From Octopus bimaculoides (lineage: Eukaryota): a DNA stretch of 39,632 nt. The stretch's first letter is position 1. Every line of letters begins with the position of its first letter. Where the stretch lies: assembly GCF_001194135.2 (NCBI RefSeq), contig NC_068993.1, forward strand, positions 30,852,249-30,891,880, in the 5' to 3' direction. The translations under genes were made by a program, and so were the position numbers. Shown piece by piece: positions 10,023 to 22,921 of the stretch. The notes under the pieces are model-generated. The model made no database searches, was not told where the DNA came from, and saw only the letters and a list, made by a program, of their open reading frames with translations.

Positions 10023-10728
10023 TCTGAACGTCAGTATAGTTACGGCTGGGATGAGTTAGCTCTGGCCTAGAACTGAACAATAAGGACAACCCAGCAAATC
10101 AGATATATAAGAGAGTTACTGAGAAACCATTTGGCATTCATGCCTTTTTGAGTGGTATTTGCGCCGTAACATATTTGTTCGGTTAGTAAGCTCGAACCCA
10201 GACCTCATAGCTGACGTCGCAGAAAGGCATTCTCTTGAAGTAGAACAAATTGTTAATTTATGTGCTATATGAAAAGTCAGTTAAACAAAAGAACTACGAA
10301 ATTTGTGGCTTACATTACATATAGCCTATTTTATTAGGTTCTGTTGGAATTACATTTTAGCAATAAGCTCTCAGTCGTGTAATACAGAGAGAAAATGCGT
10401 TAAATATAAATTAACCTACAAAGTTTTAATATATTCATTGTTTTCTCTGACAGGTACGCTATAGCAATTGTATCTGACGTTCACAAAATTTCATTTTGTC
10501 AGTTTACCATTAGAATATAAATTATATTACCGTTCTTTAACAGGAAACTAGTTAATACATGGTAGAAGATGAAGCGTAAGACTGTGTCTTATTTTCTTCG
10601 CTTTTTGGGTTTTTTATTGTTTTTTTCTCACCAGCTATGTCTCATCAAGTTATCTTTGGGTTGGTGTAAAAATCATAAATAAACAAAAAGAAGAAAAATA
10701 GATTATTTATTGTATTACGCAGTAGTGT

Positions 10729-11087
10729 AGAGGCGCAATGGCCCAGTGGTTAGGGCAGAGGTTTCGATTCCCAGACCGGACATTGTGAGCGTTTATTGAG
10801 CGAAAACATCTAAAACTCCACGAGGCTCCGGCAGTGGGGTTGTGGTGAACCCTGCTGTACTTTTTCACCACAACTTTCTCTCACTCTTTCTTCCTGTTTC
10901 TATTGTACCTGTATTTCAAAGGGCCAACCTTGTTACACCCTGTGTTACGCTGAATCTCCTCGAGAACTAGGTTAAGGATACACGTGCCTGTGGAATGCTC
11001 AGGCACTTGCACGTTAATTTCACGAACAGGCTGTTCCGTTGATTGGATCAACTGGAACCCTCGTCGTCGTAACCAACGGAGTGCCAC
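10729..11087 (+). mobile_element. tRNA-derived SINE family 2
   Basis: A-box-like TGGCCCAGTGG and B-box-like GTTTCGATTCC head, followed by a GC-richer body. The family is recalled from octopus repeats and has no second copy here. Confidence 0.7.
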
Positions 11088-11494
11088 GTAGTAGCATCCA
11101 GGCGGTTTTCTTCACCACTCGTATCTGAACAATATATGAAGATGTAGTATATTTGCCACTTAAATGTGGCTGACCCCTAAGGAGGTCCTATGAAGATGTA
11201 ATTTAACAGTTAATAACATCCATTGTAGTTGTGCTGCTTGCGTAGTAACATACATTCCCTCTTCGAGTACATCTTATAATTGAAAGGCATTCCAGCCATG
11301 ACCATTTCATCAATTTCATCACGCATAACGTATTCAATGTCTTTCGACTTTGATATCAGTAGGGGGTGATTTGAGGATAAGTAGCTGCTATATTCTGCAG
11401 GTCAAGTGGCCGCGCGGGGAGTCATTTCATTGGTTCTTTAAGCTCCCTGAGTTGATTGAAACTTCAAATCCATGCTTTATAGAGTAAAGATTAC

Positions 11495-11699
11495 CGTTGG
11501 TCAAAGATGGCCATTAATTTGCACATTTGAATGCGAAGGCCCAAGTAAAGTTTATGGAAGACTGGAGTTACCCGATTATGGCCGATAAAGTGTGTCGGCA
11601 CATTGTCGTCGTAGACGTTACTGTCAGAATGCAAAGGGCGCAAACAGATACCACAAGGTATCTCTTGCAACCCTTTTACAGTACTACGAAACTGTCGCA
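11495..11699 (-). CDS. Candidate 205-nt internal exon of an unidentified gene (RQFRSTVKGLQEIPCGICLRPLHSD...MAIFDQ)
   Basis: ACTTCAG acceptor, CG|GTAATC donor, one open frame, locally higher GC, no recognisable transposon motif. No homology recognised. Confidence 0.2.
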
Positions 11700-12415
11700 C
11701 TGAAGTTATATATTATATGGACTCTGAAGGAATGAAATGCAACGTAGTCCTCGGCAGTATTAGAACCACGGTCTGAGTCAGAATGATTAACATGACATAT
11801 TCTTTCTCACACTCGGACAACTCTACTCCTTCGCTCCTTTCCCTGAAGTGACAGTGCAACATACACACGGAAATTTGTAGAGAACCATCACTTAAAGCCA
11901 GTAAGACAGACGTTAATTCGAGAATGTTCATACAGTTCATAATTATAATATTTTACTAAATCACCTCTAATTGCAGAAAATTTGATTGAGAGAAAAATGT
12001 TTTCATCACGTTTTGCAGCAGTGAAGTGATGCGGAATAGTGGCACTTTCGCTGATATTTTGGCTCTCTAACACAGAAAAGGTAGCAACCGAATTATCTAC
12101 TCATTGAATTAACGTGAGATGTGGTTGAGTATTTCACAAACACATCTAACTATAACATAATTTTGACGTAGAATTAACATGACAAAGTGCGACAATACTG
12201 AACTTGTGAATTACATGTATAGCCAATCCGAGAGACTTCTAAATATGTTCCGTGGCAATAGGTTCATTCAAATCTTAGGCCAACCCGAGTCTATAAACAG
12301 AAATTTGCAGTGTTGAACTCGAGACCTTTTCGTTGCTAGGTAAATTTCTTATCCTTCAATCATTCCTACGTTTACAAAGTCGTAATATTCGTAGGGCAGT
12401 ATGTATGAGTACATG

Positions 12416-12454
<39 letters not shown>

Positions 12455-12637
12455 ACACACACACACACACANNNNNNNNNNNNNNNNNNNNNNNNNNNNN
12501 NNNNNNNNNNNNNNNNNNNNNNNNNNNNNNNNNNNNNNNNNNNNNNNNNNNNNNNNNNNNNNNNNNNNNNNNNNNNNNNNNNNNNNNNNNNNNNNNNNNN
12601 NNNNNNNNNNNNNNNNNNNNNNNNNNNNNNNNNNNNN

Positions 12638-12683
<46 letters not shown>

Positions 12684-12951
12684 TGGTAGTGTAATGTATG
12701 GATTCATAGAATTGTGTGACTATCACAGAAAACTCCTCTAGTGGATTCAGCTAAGAGACCACATAATCATCTAACAGAGTTACATTCAGCTGAAATCCAG
12801 GAAATCCGATTCATGAAATTATCCCATAAAATGTAAGGAAATATGAGAGGTGAATATATTTATTTAACTACTTGTCATCCTTAGGATTATGGGCATTTTG
12901 CAGCCTTCTTCTTGTAATAATAATTTCAGCGTATAATAAATCATGTTTGCA

Positions 12952-12985
12952 CTAACTCTAACCCTAACCCTAACCCTAACCCTAA
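12952..12985 (-). repeat. Short interstitial telomeric tract, about 5 CCCTAA units (first one degenerate)
   Basis: CTAACTCTAACCCTAACCCTAACCCTAACCCTAA. Confidence 0.9.
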
Positions 12986-13079
12986 GGCTACGCATTATAC
13001 AGTGCATTTATATGTTCACAAATTAATGTAGATAAAGAAAGTTAACACATCAGATCATCAGAACATCTTGATTACGCCA

Positions 13080-13114
13080 ATATTTCAATTCTCTTTCTCT
13101 CTCTCTCTCTCTGT

Positions 13115-13145
<31 letters not shown>

Positions 13146-13174
13146 CACACACCACAGACAGACAGACAGACACA

Positions 13175-13223
<49 letters not shown>

Positions 13224-13232
13224 TTATATATA
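13080..13232. repeat. (CT)n/(CA)n/(GACA)n compound microsatellite
   Basis: Direct reading of the sequence. Confidence 0.9.
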
Positions 13233-15031
13233 TAATCTCCTCCTCATAGAATGCATTCTCAGCCAACTCCCACCATAATTTCTTGTTTCACCACCTTTCT
13301 TTTATTTTTTCTGATGAAAAACGAGTGGCCAAAACGTTGCAGTTCTTTTCCTTCCAAGTGTTATACTAATAACAGCTTTGTTAAAACATAACATTTTCGT
13401 TGTGTTTTCTTCTTTTCGTTCATTCATCATATATACATATATATAAAAACAGTTTGTTACATGCTGTAAGCATATATATAAGATGATACATACAAATGCG
13501 TGGACGAACGAAAAAAAAAAAGGCGGTGCATTCGGTTAATTAATTCTGAACAGACCCAAAGAGGACTTTGAAAGTTTAAGTCGCATGTGGCCGCATCAAA
13601 CCGTTTTGCACTAAGTCTGAATAAAATACGGAATAACTACGGTTAAAATATATTTATCTTACTCAATCAGGGCTCTTTAGAAGCTGAGAAAAACAGAATT
13701 TTGATTTCTAAGGCAAGTACAAGATTTTGTATTTGAAAGAGAATTACAAAGAAGGCTTTGACATTCATGTCTTTTTTCTACGGTACTAGTAACCTAACAT
13801 GATAAGAGTACTTTCAAGTAGAAATCAAATTCTCCCTAACAATTTTAATAATAACCATTCTCTTGAAATCGGCGTTTATTACTAATATATCCTGGATTAA
13901 ATCATTGCCTGTTCACGGTGTTAATTAAAACGGTTTGCAAACAAATCCCTAATGAAATATCCTTATCTACTGGACTATTCAGTATGGCTTTCATCTATTA
14001 CAAACTCTTTTATTCGGCTCTATTGAAATCGTATTTTATTAACTATGCTATTCTTTCACTACACATAAATAGATGGCGTTATTTAACGTCGTCTATTTGT
14101 GTCACATGCTTCCTAATGCAAACTTGTCTTTCTCCGTTTATTATCATTCCGTATTAGCTAGCTTGAGACAATGGGTAGAAAATCTAATTAAAAATCATAT
14201 CGTAAATTTATTTTTGTTTCCTTATTATTTTCCTCTTTTCCTCCTTAATATATCTGACCAAGTTATCATCCAACTATTAGTGAAAATCAAAATTTAAATG
14301 GAGTGGGTATTACATTAATTTTTTTTTTCTGCATATCTTATATTTTACCTAACTATGGGATTTCACTACACCTTCCTTCTGCATAAAAGCATATACAGGC
14401 GTCGATTCGCGCATGCACACAAAATAATACAGGCGTACAGAAAAAATAGGCATTATCTCCCATTTCCGTCTCCTTCTCCCTCTCGTCTTACAAATCTAAT
14501 CTTACTACCACTCCTATATTTTCTCCTGCTCTCCTCCTCCTGACAGTCTCCTTCATTTTCTCTGACTCTGTTTAAACGTATTTACAGGGTGCAACAATAT
14601 AATTTATCTATTTTATAGTAGACATAGTAAATGACCTCAGCCTAAATTCACAAAACTCTTCCCTTAGCCAGCTTCAATGTTACCAAAAATTCCCCCTATC
14701 CTCCCAATCTTCTTTTCTTTGTTTTATTCTTATTTTTTCCATAACAACTTTAGAAATATGTCCACTCCCATATATTATTTTTTCTCACGTATGTTTACCC
14801 TTTTGTTCTCTCGCTTTGTGCTTACCCCGCATTTTCGATCAAAACTCCTGTAAGTTAACATGGGATCCCTTCACGACAATGTAACCATTATTTGACAAAT
14901 GTATCTTTGGCTTAATGAGTAGCACGCGGAGATTTCTTCGTTGAGTAATTACTACTTCCGAAATTCTGCAATGTAGCCTGGATTTTACCCACTCCATTCC
15001 CTACAAACACACACACGCACACACACACACA

Positions 15032-15070
<39 letters not shown>

Positions 15071-15442
15071 AATAATTGTGGTGTAGTGAATACATGATGT
15101 GGTTTTAAGGTCAGGTTTTGACTGGTATTTCAAGCATGGTGGTATCTCTTAGATGCCCTTATTCCGTTTGTTTAAATAGTGTTTGGTCGCTTCAAACGGA
15201 CTTTTGCGAGCATGGTAGGTGAAAATTTTAGTAGTAGTAGGCTGGCGAATTGTGGCTGATGAGAAACAGCCACCTATTTGGCGTCAGTTTCGAAAGCAGG
15301 TTCCAAGTTCACGAGTATTGCTTGTGCTGACCTAGCGGTGGTAAAATGTTTTTAATGTTCACTAGAACTTATTTTTTACCATGTCTATATTAGATTTGTG
15401 ATGTAGGTGCTCATGTGGTGCCTTCGTGTGTAGATAGATATG

Positions 15443-15475
<33 letters not shown>

Positions 15476-15874
15476 NNNNNNNNNNNNNNNNNNNNNNNNN
15501 NNNNNNNNNNNNNNNNNNNNNNNNNNNNNNNNNNNNNNNNNNNNNNNNNNNNNNNNNNNNNNNNNNNNNNNNNNNNNNNNNNNNNNNNNNNNNNNNNNNN
15601 NNNNNNNNNNNNNNNNNNNNNNNNNNNNNNNNNNNNNNNNNNNNNNNNNNNNNNNNNNNNNNNNNNNNNNNNNNNNNNNNNNNNNNNNNNNNNNNNNNNN
15701 NNNNNNNNNNNNNNNNNNNNNNNNNNNNNNNNNNNNNNNNNNNNNNNNNNNNNNNNNNNNNNNNNNNNNNNNTATATATATATGTGTGTGTGTATATATA
15801 TATATATTTATATATATGTATGTATGCGCGTGTGTGTGTGCATGTATGTATGTATGTATGTATGTATGTATGTA

Positions 15875-16098
15875 TACCCGAGTGGGGCTGAAAAGTTTCT
15901 GGTTTGGGTAAAAGAAAATACACAGGACGATCAGTTAATTATGATTTTATTCAACATATCCCCATCTGAGATTCACACAGTTATTGCAAGGGACCTTCAC
16001 TTTTTCTAAGCCCTATAAAAGATGTCGGAATGTTCGGCCTCCTACCAGGCCTTTTGTGATACCTCAAAGCCAGGTACTTTTCAGCACTCCCTCGTATA
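15875..16098. mobile_element. Tc1/mariner-type MITE, about 220 bp
   Basis: Imperfect ~30-bp terminal inverted repeats (..GAGTGGGGCTGAAAAGTTTCTGG / CCAGGTACTTTTCAGCACTCCCTCG), with TA on both sides. Confidence 0.8.
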
Positions 16099-16107
16099 TG
16101 TTTGCAT

Positions 16108-16147
<40 letters not shown>

Positions 16148-16214
16148 GTGTGTGTGTGTGTGTGAGTGTGTATGTGTGTGTGTGTGTAAGTGTGTGTGTG
16201 TGTGTGTGTGTGTG

Positions 16215-16397
16215 GTGTGTCTTTGTGTTTGTTTCTCACCACTGCTTGACAACTGGTCTTGGCGTGTTTACATACCCATTACTTTGGAGTTCGGAAAAAA
16301 ACAACAACACTCAAATAAGTATCAGATTAAAAGTTATTCACGGCGGTGGCCCAGCATGGCCGCAGTCTAATAACAGAATCAAGTAGAAGATAAAAGA
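16215..16397 (+). mobile_element. SINE family 1, decayed 3' half
   Basis: TGCTTGACAAC..GTGTTTACATACCC..GGCGGTGGCCCAGCATGGCCGCAGTC, shared with 9830-10020. Confidence 0.75.
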
Positions 16398-18234
16398 TAT
16401 ATATATATATATATATATATATACTCGGATAAACGACTAGGATCTGGTAGCATATTCTATGATTACACTAAATATTTTGAGTACCTATACAGTAATGAGT
16501 AGATACATACACCGTTTCACATCGACGATAATTTGACAGTGATGAACATCGAGTGTGGCAACGTAAGAGAGAAATCATGTATCATTGATTGGCCGTACTA
16601 AATTTGAGCCGAGTAGACTGGAGTAATGTATAATGAATGAAATGACTTCTCGATCCATGAATCGAAACGATGCCCTTATGATCACAAAGCTAATAGGTCA
16701 ACACGAGTAACGAATGTTTTACAAACACATGTCCAAACACAGATATTAACACACACACCTACTTGTAGAAAACAGAATTTCCATATAGTCGGTTAGTCAG
16801 TTATTAGACATGTTCGGCCTAACTCGATTACCGTTGGAAAGCTGTTGGTGCCGGTGAATTGAAAATAAATAATACGTAGTAATTCTACTAATTGTAGATG
16901 TCTTACAAGATGTAACACACGTTTGAAGTGTCCCCTTGTAGCATATGAGAGCTGACAACATTTCTGTTTAGTAATACAATACTGGAAATAGAAGGGGAAA
17001 ACATACAACCAGAGTGTGAGAGAGAAAACAGAAAATCATGAAATACATTTAAAAAGTACTTTATTGTATGATGTTGTATCGATTTTTTTCCAAACCAATT
17101 TTGTATTTTTACGAATGACTGTTTTATTATTGTGGTATTTGTTTTCTTATAATTTTTTAGTTTCCTGTGATTACTTTTCAGCTAATTTAGATTCACAAAA
17201 CGGGGAAGAATTATGTATGCCTTCTAATGTTAAGTTGATTACACGATAATCCTATAGGGGCTAACTAAAATAATCAGTTGTGTAACCGTTTGAAATAAGA
17301 ACAAGTACAGGTGATAATTCGCCATTTGTGTTGGTCATGCTGCTGGTAGTGATGATGGCTTTCCTTCGGTTATTGGCGTTATTTTGCATTGGGGATATAA
17401 AATGAATTTCACTACCCCTATATTGTTCACTGACATGAAAAACTATTTCAGCAATAATTATTGCACGGAGAACTCTGAGAGTTATAGCTCGTCGCATGGT
17501 TAATAGGATACCAGTGTATCAGACAATGGCCTGATTGTGTCATATATTTTTCTCATAGTTCAACTTTCAATATCACAATTAACAAAGGTATAACTTGGTA
17601 TCAGAGAGAATTTATGTTTCACTGTTATAAACAGCTGTACTTGAATTGTAAGATGTACGGTTGTTTCAATACATTGCATTGCTAAACATCAAAACATAAA
17701 CTTGGCATTGTTTTAGCAATTTTTACCAATAATAATTCCTAACATTGACTGAATATCACACTTTTCGTGATAGGGAACTGACGATATAGTCGAACGCAGT
17801 AACTGTCAACGAATTATTTACTGACCCCCAACCTTCTGTAGAAAGATGAATTCCAACATAGACTATGGGGAGCTGAAAATAAATTCTAAATTTTGCGACG
17901 ATTTACCGAATCTACTGACCTGGCGCAATTGGGTTCTCTAAAAGTAAATGGCGTTTTGTTCTGTCATTATTATTTAGCGTCCAGGTCAATTCTGCTACGG
18001 CAGATTTTGATCAAAGTTAAAAAATGAATTAGCTGTTGTAGTTCAAGCTTGATATGGTAAATATACTATGAACTATATTCGGGCCGTAGCAATCCAGTTT
18101 TTTTTTCAGGGATAATTAGCGCTAAATTATCTAATTGTCAGTTTCTTATATAGGACTGCAGTGCATGATTTGAGGAAAACTTGGCAAGTATTTCATGTAA
18201 ATAGAGCAATTTACGTAATTCCTCCGTTAGTGCT

Positions 18235-18420
18235 GTTGTTCAGCAACAGGTCAGCTCTGATCAAAGCATTCAAACAGTGATCACCCAATCGTTTTGAGAA
18301 CAATATAATCCTAGATGTTCTGTTCTTAAAAGAGTAAGATGAAATTTGAGAGAATTTGTCAGTGGTTCATGTAGGAAGAAAACTTGGAAGATGTGATCTT
18401 CATTAGGCTAGCATTGACAA
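18235..18420 (-). mobile_element. Decayed SINE-like repeat, same family as 9060-9310
   Basis: GTTGTTCAGCAACAGGTCAGCTCTGATC terminus and a GATTTGAG-like body segment. Confidence 0.4.
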
Positions 18421-18513
18421 AAATTTAGCGAATTGATAGATTCTTGTTTAAAAACTGAGTTCGCAGCGATAATACATCTCATCGGTTAAAATGAGTAAAC
18501 AGCCAACAACAGA

Positions 18514-18785
18514 CGTATTCTATCAGTCACTTTTGCCGAACCACTAATTTACGGGGAGGTCAACACAGCAACACCTATTGTCGAGCGGAGGTGGTGGAGG
18601 GGGGACAAACACAGATGCAGAGTCGCACACACTCAGGTGTATATATACATATATAAAACTGGCTTGTTTCAGTTTCCGGTTACCAGATCCACTAACGAAG
18701 ATTTGGCCCGCCCGAGGCTATAGTTAACAACACTAGCACTAGCCGAAGATGTCACGCAGTGGGACTGAACCCGGAGCCATGTGTT
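18514..18785 (-). mobile_element. SINE family 1, decayed copy
   Basis: CTTTTGCCGAACC..GGGACAAACAC..TTTCAGTTTCC..CCCGAGGCTATAG..ACGCAGTGGGACTGAACCCGG, colinear with 39040-39305. Confidence 0.85.
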
Positions 18786-21404
18786 AGTTTATTTTCTCGA
18801 CTCAGAGAGAGGAATAGTAAAGTTGCTCACAGCAGAAATTGACTTCAGAACTTAAAGAATCGGAACAAATACTTCATAGTATTTTGAAAATGTTCTATTG
18901 ATTCTGTATGTCGAAGAATGTAAATTGTCTTCAGCAAGAGAGAATCTGCATAAGAATTAGATTTGAAGATTAAAATCACAATGCTTCGAAGGAGATCTCA
19001 TTATAAATTAAAACTTTTAACCCATATTCCGATTCCAAACTGTTATGTTTTTCCATATCAAATATAGTTTAGGTGAATGTCATCTTAATATGTCATTGAT
19101 TACATATGACGTATTAGAATATGTTATTAGCAATCAAATCCCAAATACAGAGCTGCAGATATTTTTTATTAAAGCAACATAGAGACCGAGAAGAATCATA
19201 AATGTGCTAGATAGGGCAGCCAAAGCTCCCTGAAATAACATCTGGGAGAACAGGACTTCTATACGATGTCTCTCTATTTTCATAACATTTAATGCGTCTC
19301 TTCACAAATCCAAGGTTTGTATTTTACACAAAAGGTAGCAGTAAGCAAGTCATAGAGCATTTCCAATGGTTCTCGTAAATAACGAAAAGATTAAGTAACT
19401 TTCAAAACTACCTGCAAACTCTGGTGAGTACAAGTCAATACTGCCTGTTGGCCTTGACACATTTCCTGTGTCCTTATGTTTTCAAAGGGGAGATAATCAC
19501 TTCCACCCAGCAAAGCCAGCATTCAGAGACTAGTTTTAGAGTCATTGCTCATCATCAGTCTGGCGTAGCATGGCTTGCTAGCTATCGATGCCTATTCGCC
19601 TTTGAAGACATACATTTCAAGTGAAATGCATTCACTGATTTCGAAAATAGAAATAATACATTTAGACATCATTTTTTGAAACTTGAAAATTATCACATTA
19701 GTGTGGGGAAAATTAACTTGGAATCCAACAGAGAAAACAATGTTTATTGTGAACCACCAAAAGTTATCCAGTTATTTTATTAGAAACCTTAATTACAATC
19801 GGATCAATTTTTAGGGAAAAATTCTCGAAAACAAATGTACCTGTCACCTGACTATATTTTGGACTCTCTCAACTCCAACAACAGTAACAACTATGCTGAC
19901 CAATTTTTACTCCTAAATATAGAGTAGCAAAAAAAAAAAAAAATGATGAAGCAATACTTGCAATGTAATGAATTCAAACAGGTAGAGAGACAATAACAAA
20001 AAAATCAGAAATTACTCATCTTAGCCCCGCTTACTAATTTTATTTCCCTATTTATACACACGCACACAGACACGCACACACCCAAACACACACACACAAC
20101 ATACACAGACAACACACGTATGTATGCATATATACAACTATTGATAAAAGCCAGAGTGCGTAACGTTCCGTTACCTAATAATGAAAAAGTGCATTGGAAA
20201 TCCTCAAATGACAAGTAAAAACGTAAAACATATATTGAGTGCACAAACGGACGGAGGACAGACACAGAAGGTCTCTAATTGTTCATCAATTATCAACTAG
20301 GTGATATTACTCAGTTTCTCACCATTAATGACAAGACTGAGATGCTCTCCATGCTAGCGGCGCCCGCGAAATTTACGGAGAATAAAGGGCCGAGAGCAAA
20401 TAATACATGGATAACAATCGATACAGCAGTGTACATACGAAAGTGAATAAATGTAATTTAAGACGATGGACGGAGGGCAAAGAAGAATTAAATAAGGAAC
20501 GAGCATAAATACAGCCTCAGGGCCAAAATCACAAATGATGGGTAACGCTTACAGAGTAAGTGTGTGTGTGTGATTGTATATGTGTGTTTGTTTGTGTGTG
20601 TGTGTCTGTGTGTGTGTGTGTGTGTGTATCTTTGCGTAATCTTGCATGGGAATAATCTACAAATGCTTGGAGAAATTACATTGCAATATTTAGTTTCAAG
20701 AAGTTTGGGCTGAGTTCAAATTATATTATGAAGATGGTGCCCCAGTATGGTTCTGACTTAAATATTGAAGTAATAACAGAGGAAACAAAGAATTTACCCC
20801 AGAACAGGATTCCTTATTTTGTTTGCTTGTTTACATGCGAATAAACATTGAACAAAAATTTAATAATAAGAAAAATTGCTGCTGCCATTCTGTATTCTGT
20901 TGAATGCAATAGTCGACAGCTTCGGGACTGCCATGCTAAATTGATTAAATATTTGATGCTGGTCGGAATTAAAATTAAAGTTTCCCTTTACTCTGCAAGA
21001 AAAAAAAAATGTATCTAATACCTAATATAAAACGTAGAGTTTAGAACAAATAGTTGTGTTGTTGGAAATTATAAATGTGTTTTGATGAATTAGAGAGGCA
21101 AAGAAATTCTTCAATTATAGAGAATAGATAAATCTCATGGCATTTCTTAAATTTTTATTCTCTCGTTGGTTCCAATATGCGGAATATTTATTCAGCTATC
21201 TGCGATTGTTCAGTGAAATAACATGTTTAATGTTATTCCTTGACAGACAGTTTTATTAAAGTTTACTCATCTGTATTTTAAATTGTTGTTGTTGTTGTTG
21301 TTGTCATCATCATTATTATTATTACTCTTATTATAGTAATAATAACAACGATAGGAGGTGAAGAAGAAAAAGAAAACGATAATAAGAAAAATAACAAGAA
21401 AAAG

Positions 21405-21475
<71 letters not shown>

Positions 21476-21476
21476 C

Positions 21477-21556
<80 letters not shown>

Positions 21557-21673
21557 AAGAAGAAGAAGAAGAAAAAGAAAAAGAAGAAGAAGAAGAAGAA
21601 GAAGAAGACGAAAAAGAAGAAGAAGAAGAAGAAGAAGAAGAAGAAGAAGAAGAAGAAGAAGAAGAAGAAGAAG
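21405..21673. repeat. (TAA)n followed directly by (GAA)n
   Basis: Direct reading of the sequence. Confidence 0.95.
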
Positions 21674-22254
21674 AAATCGTAGCAGAAAGGAAGTTTATCG
21701 CTGGAATATTTCCTAAATGACAAGATGCCTTTGTTCTATTAATTTTCGACGATTAAATCAGATATCTCCTGATTATAATGGAATATTAACTAATTAATCG
21801 GTTCGTTATTCTTTATTGAAGGCATATAATCATCGTCAAATATTTGAATTACTAATTTTCAAACGGGTGAAATGAAATTCCATTATGAAATGGCAAATGT
21901 TTTGTTAATTGAATACAAGTAAAAAGCTGCATGTCATTTGTTTAACATGGAAGTGATGTCATTTCAAAATTAGTGGAAAATGTTTTTTAAGCTCAAATCA
22001 TCAACAGAATGTCCACTTTACACAGCCTGCCTTATGCCATCCATATGCTGGTTTGGTGGGAGTATTGTGATCGTATTCATTAAATTAAATCTAGAATATT
22101 ACTTGTATTTACGAGATATATTCTTCTGCAAGCGATCAAATATTTGAATATTGCGTTTTAGAAAGTAACTTAGTCATGTTTGTTATCTATTAAAGTGGAT
22201 TTAAGAACTAACAAGGGTTAGTTGGGGCACTTGCACTATATTTTATCTAAATCC

Positions 22255-22375
22255 ACTACTACCACTATCACCACCACCGCCACCACCACCGCCACCACCA
22301 CCATCATCGTTATCATCATCATCACATCATCACCACCACCATCATTCTCATCATCATCATCATCATCATCATCAT
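22255..22375. repeat. (CAC)n/(CAT)n trinucleotide repeat
   Basis: Direct reading of the sequence. Confidence 0.9.
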
Positions 22376-22611
22376 TTCTTGATGTCATGTGTTGGGCGAG
22401 TCGTCGCGGATAGTTCATATTTATAGTTACTGCGCTCTTTACTGAGTCGGGTTTATTTTCTCTCCTGGGTTTATTTGGAGAAGAAAGAGAAATCTCACCA
22501 TGTTAATCTGTCAAGGAAAACCAGAGTCATCAATGCTGTCTGTAGAAACAGTTTCAATCTTGTCCTGTTTTTTCAAGCTGGATAACATTGCAGTCGCTGA
22601 CCACTCCGTTT

Positions 22612-22831
22612 TACAGAATGTGCTGGGTGTATTTTACTGTGGTACTATCATTAGAGAGGTTGTCATTTCCTCGGCAAGACTGAATGTCCACCCTACAATG
22701 TCTTCGCTTGTAGGTGCACCATCTACAGAGTGTCCTGGGTGTATTTTACCATGATAAGCATTACTTAAGTTGTTTTTGCCAAGCAACACTGAATATTCAT
22801 TCTTTTATTTGTCCAACATCGTCGCTTGTAG
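22612..22831. repeat. Degenerate ~112-118 bp direct repeat, 2 copies
   Basis: TACAGARTGTSCTGGGTGTATTTTAC at 22612 and 22724; TCGCTTGTAG at 22704 and 22822. Confidence 0.75.
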
Positions 22832-22921
22832 ACAGAAGACACACAACAGAAAAACACAGTATGGTTTGTTTCATAAAACAGGCGAAGGATAGGCTAAACA
22901 AAAACAGCTAGAATATATATA

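Noticed and set aside
13305-13345. Hammerhead at CTGATGA..AAAACGTT
   Set aside because: GAAA is mutated and stems I and II do not pair. At most it is a dead pseudo-LTR remnant.
17261-17497. 78-aa minus ORF with a signal-peptide-like start, overlapping a hydrophobic plus-strand frame (GDNSPFVLVMLLVVMMAF)
   Set aside because: Splice signals are unconvincing, no family is recognised, and such short frames are expected by chance.
17920-19634. Minus-strand microexon candidates (18 nt at 17920-17937, 21 nt at 19614-19634)
   Set aside because: The splice motifs look good, but joining them with the 11495-11699 candidate gives stops in every consistent phase.
20352-20380. Possible Helitron 3' end on the minus strand (CTAGCGGCGCCCGCGAAATTTACGG)
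   Set aside because: The hairpin is imperfect and I found no matching 5' end.
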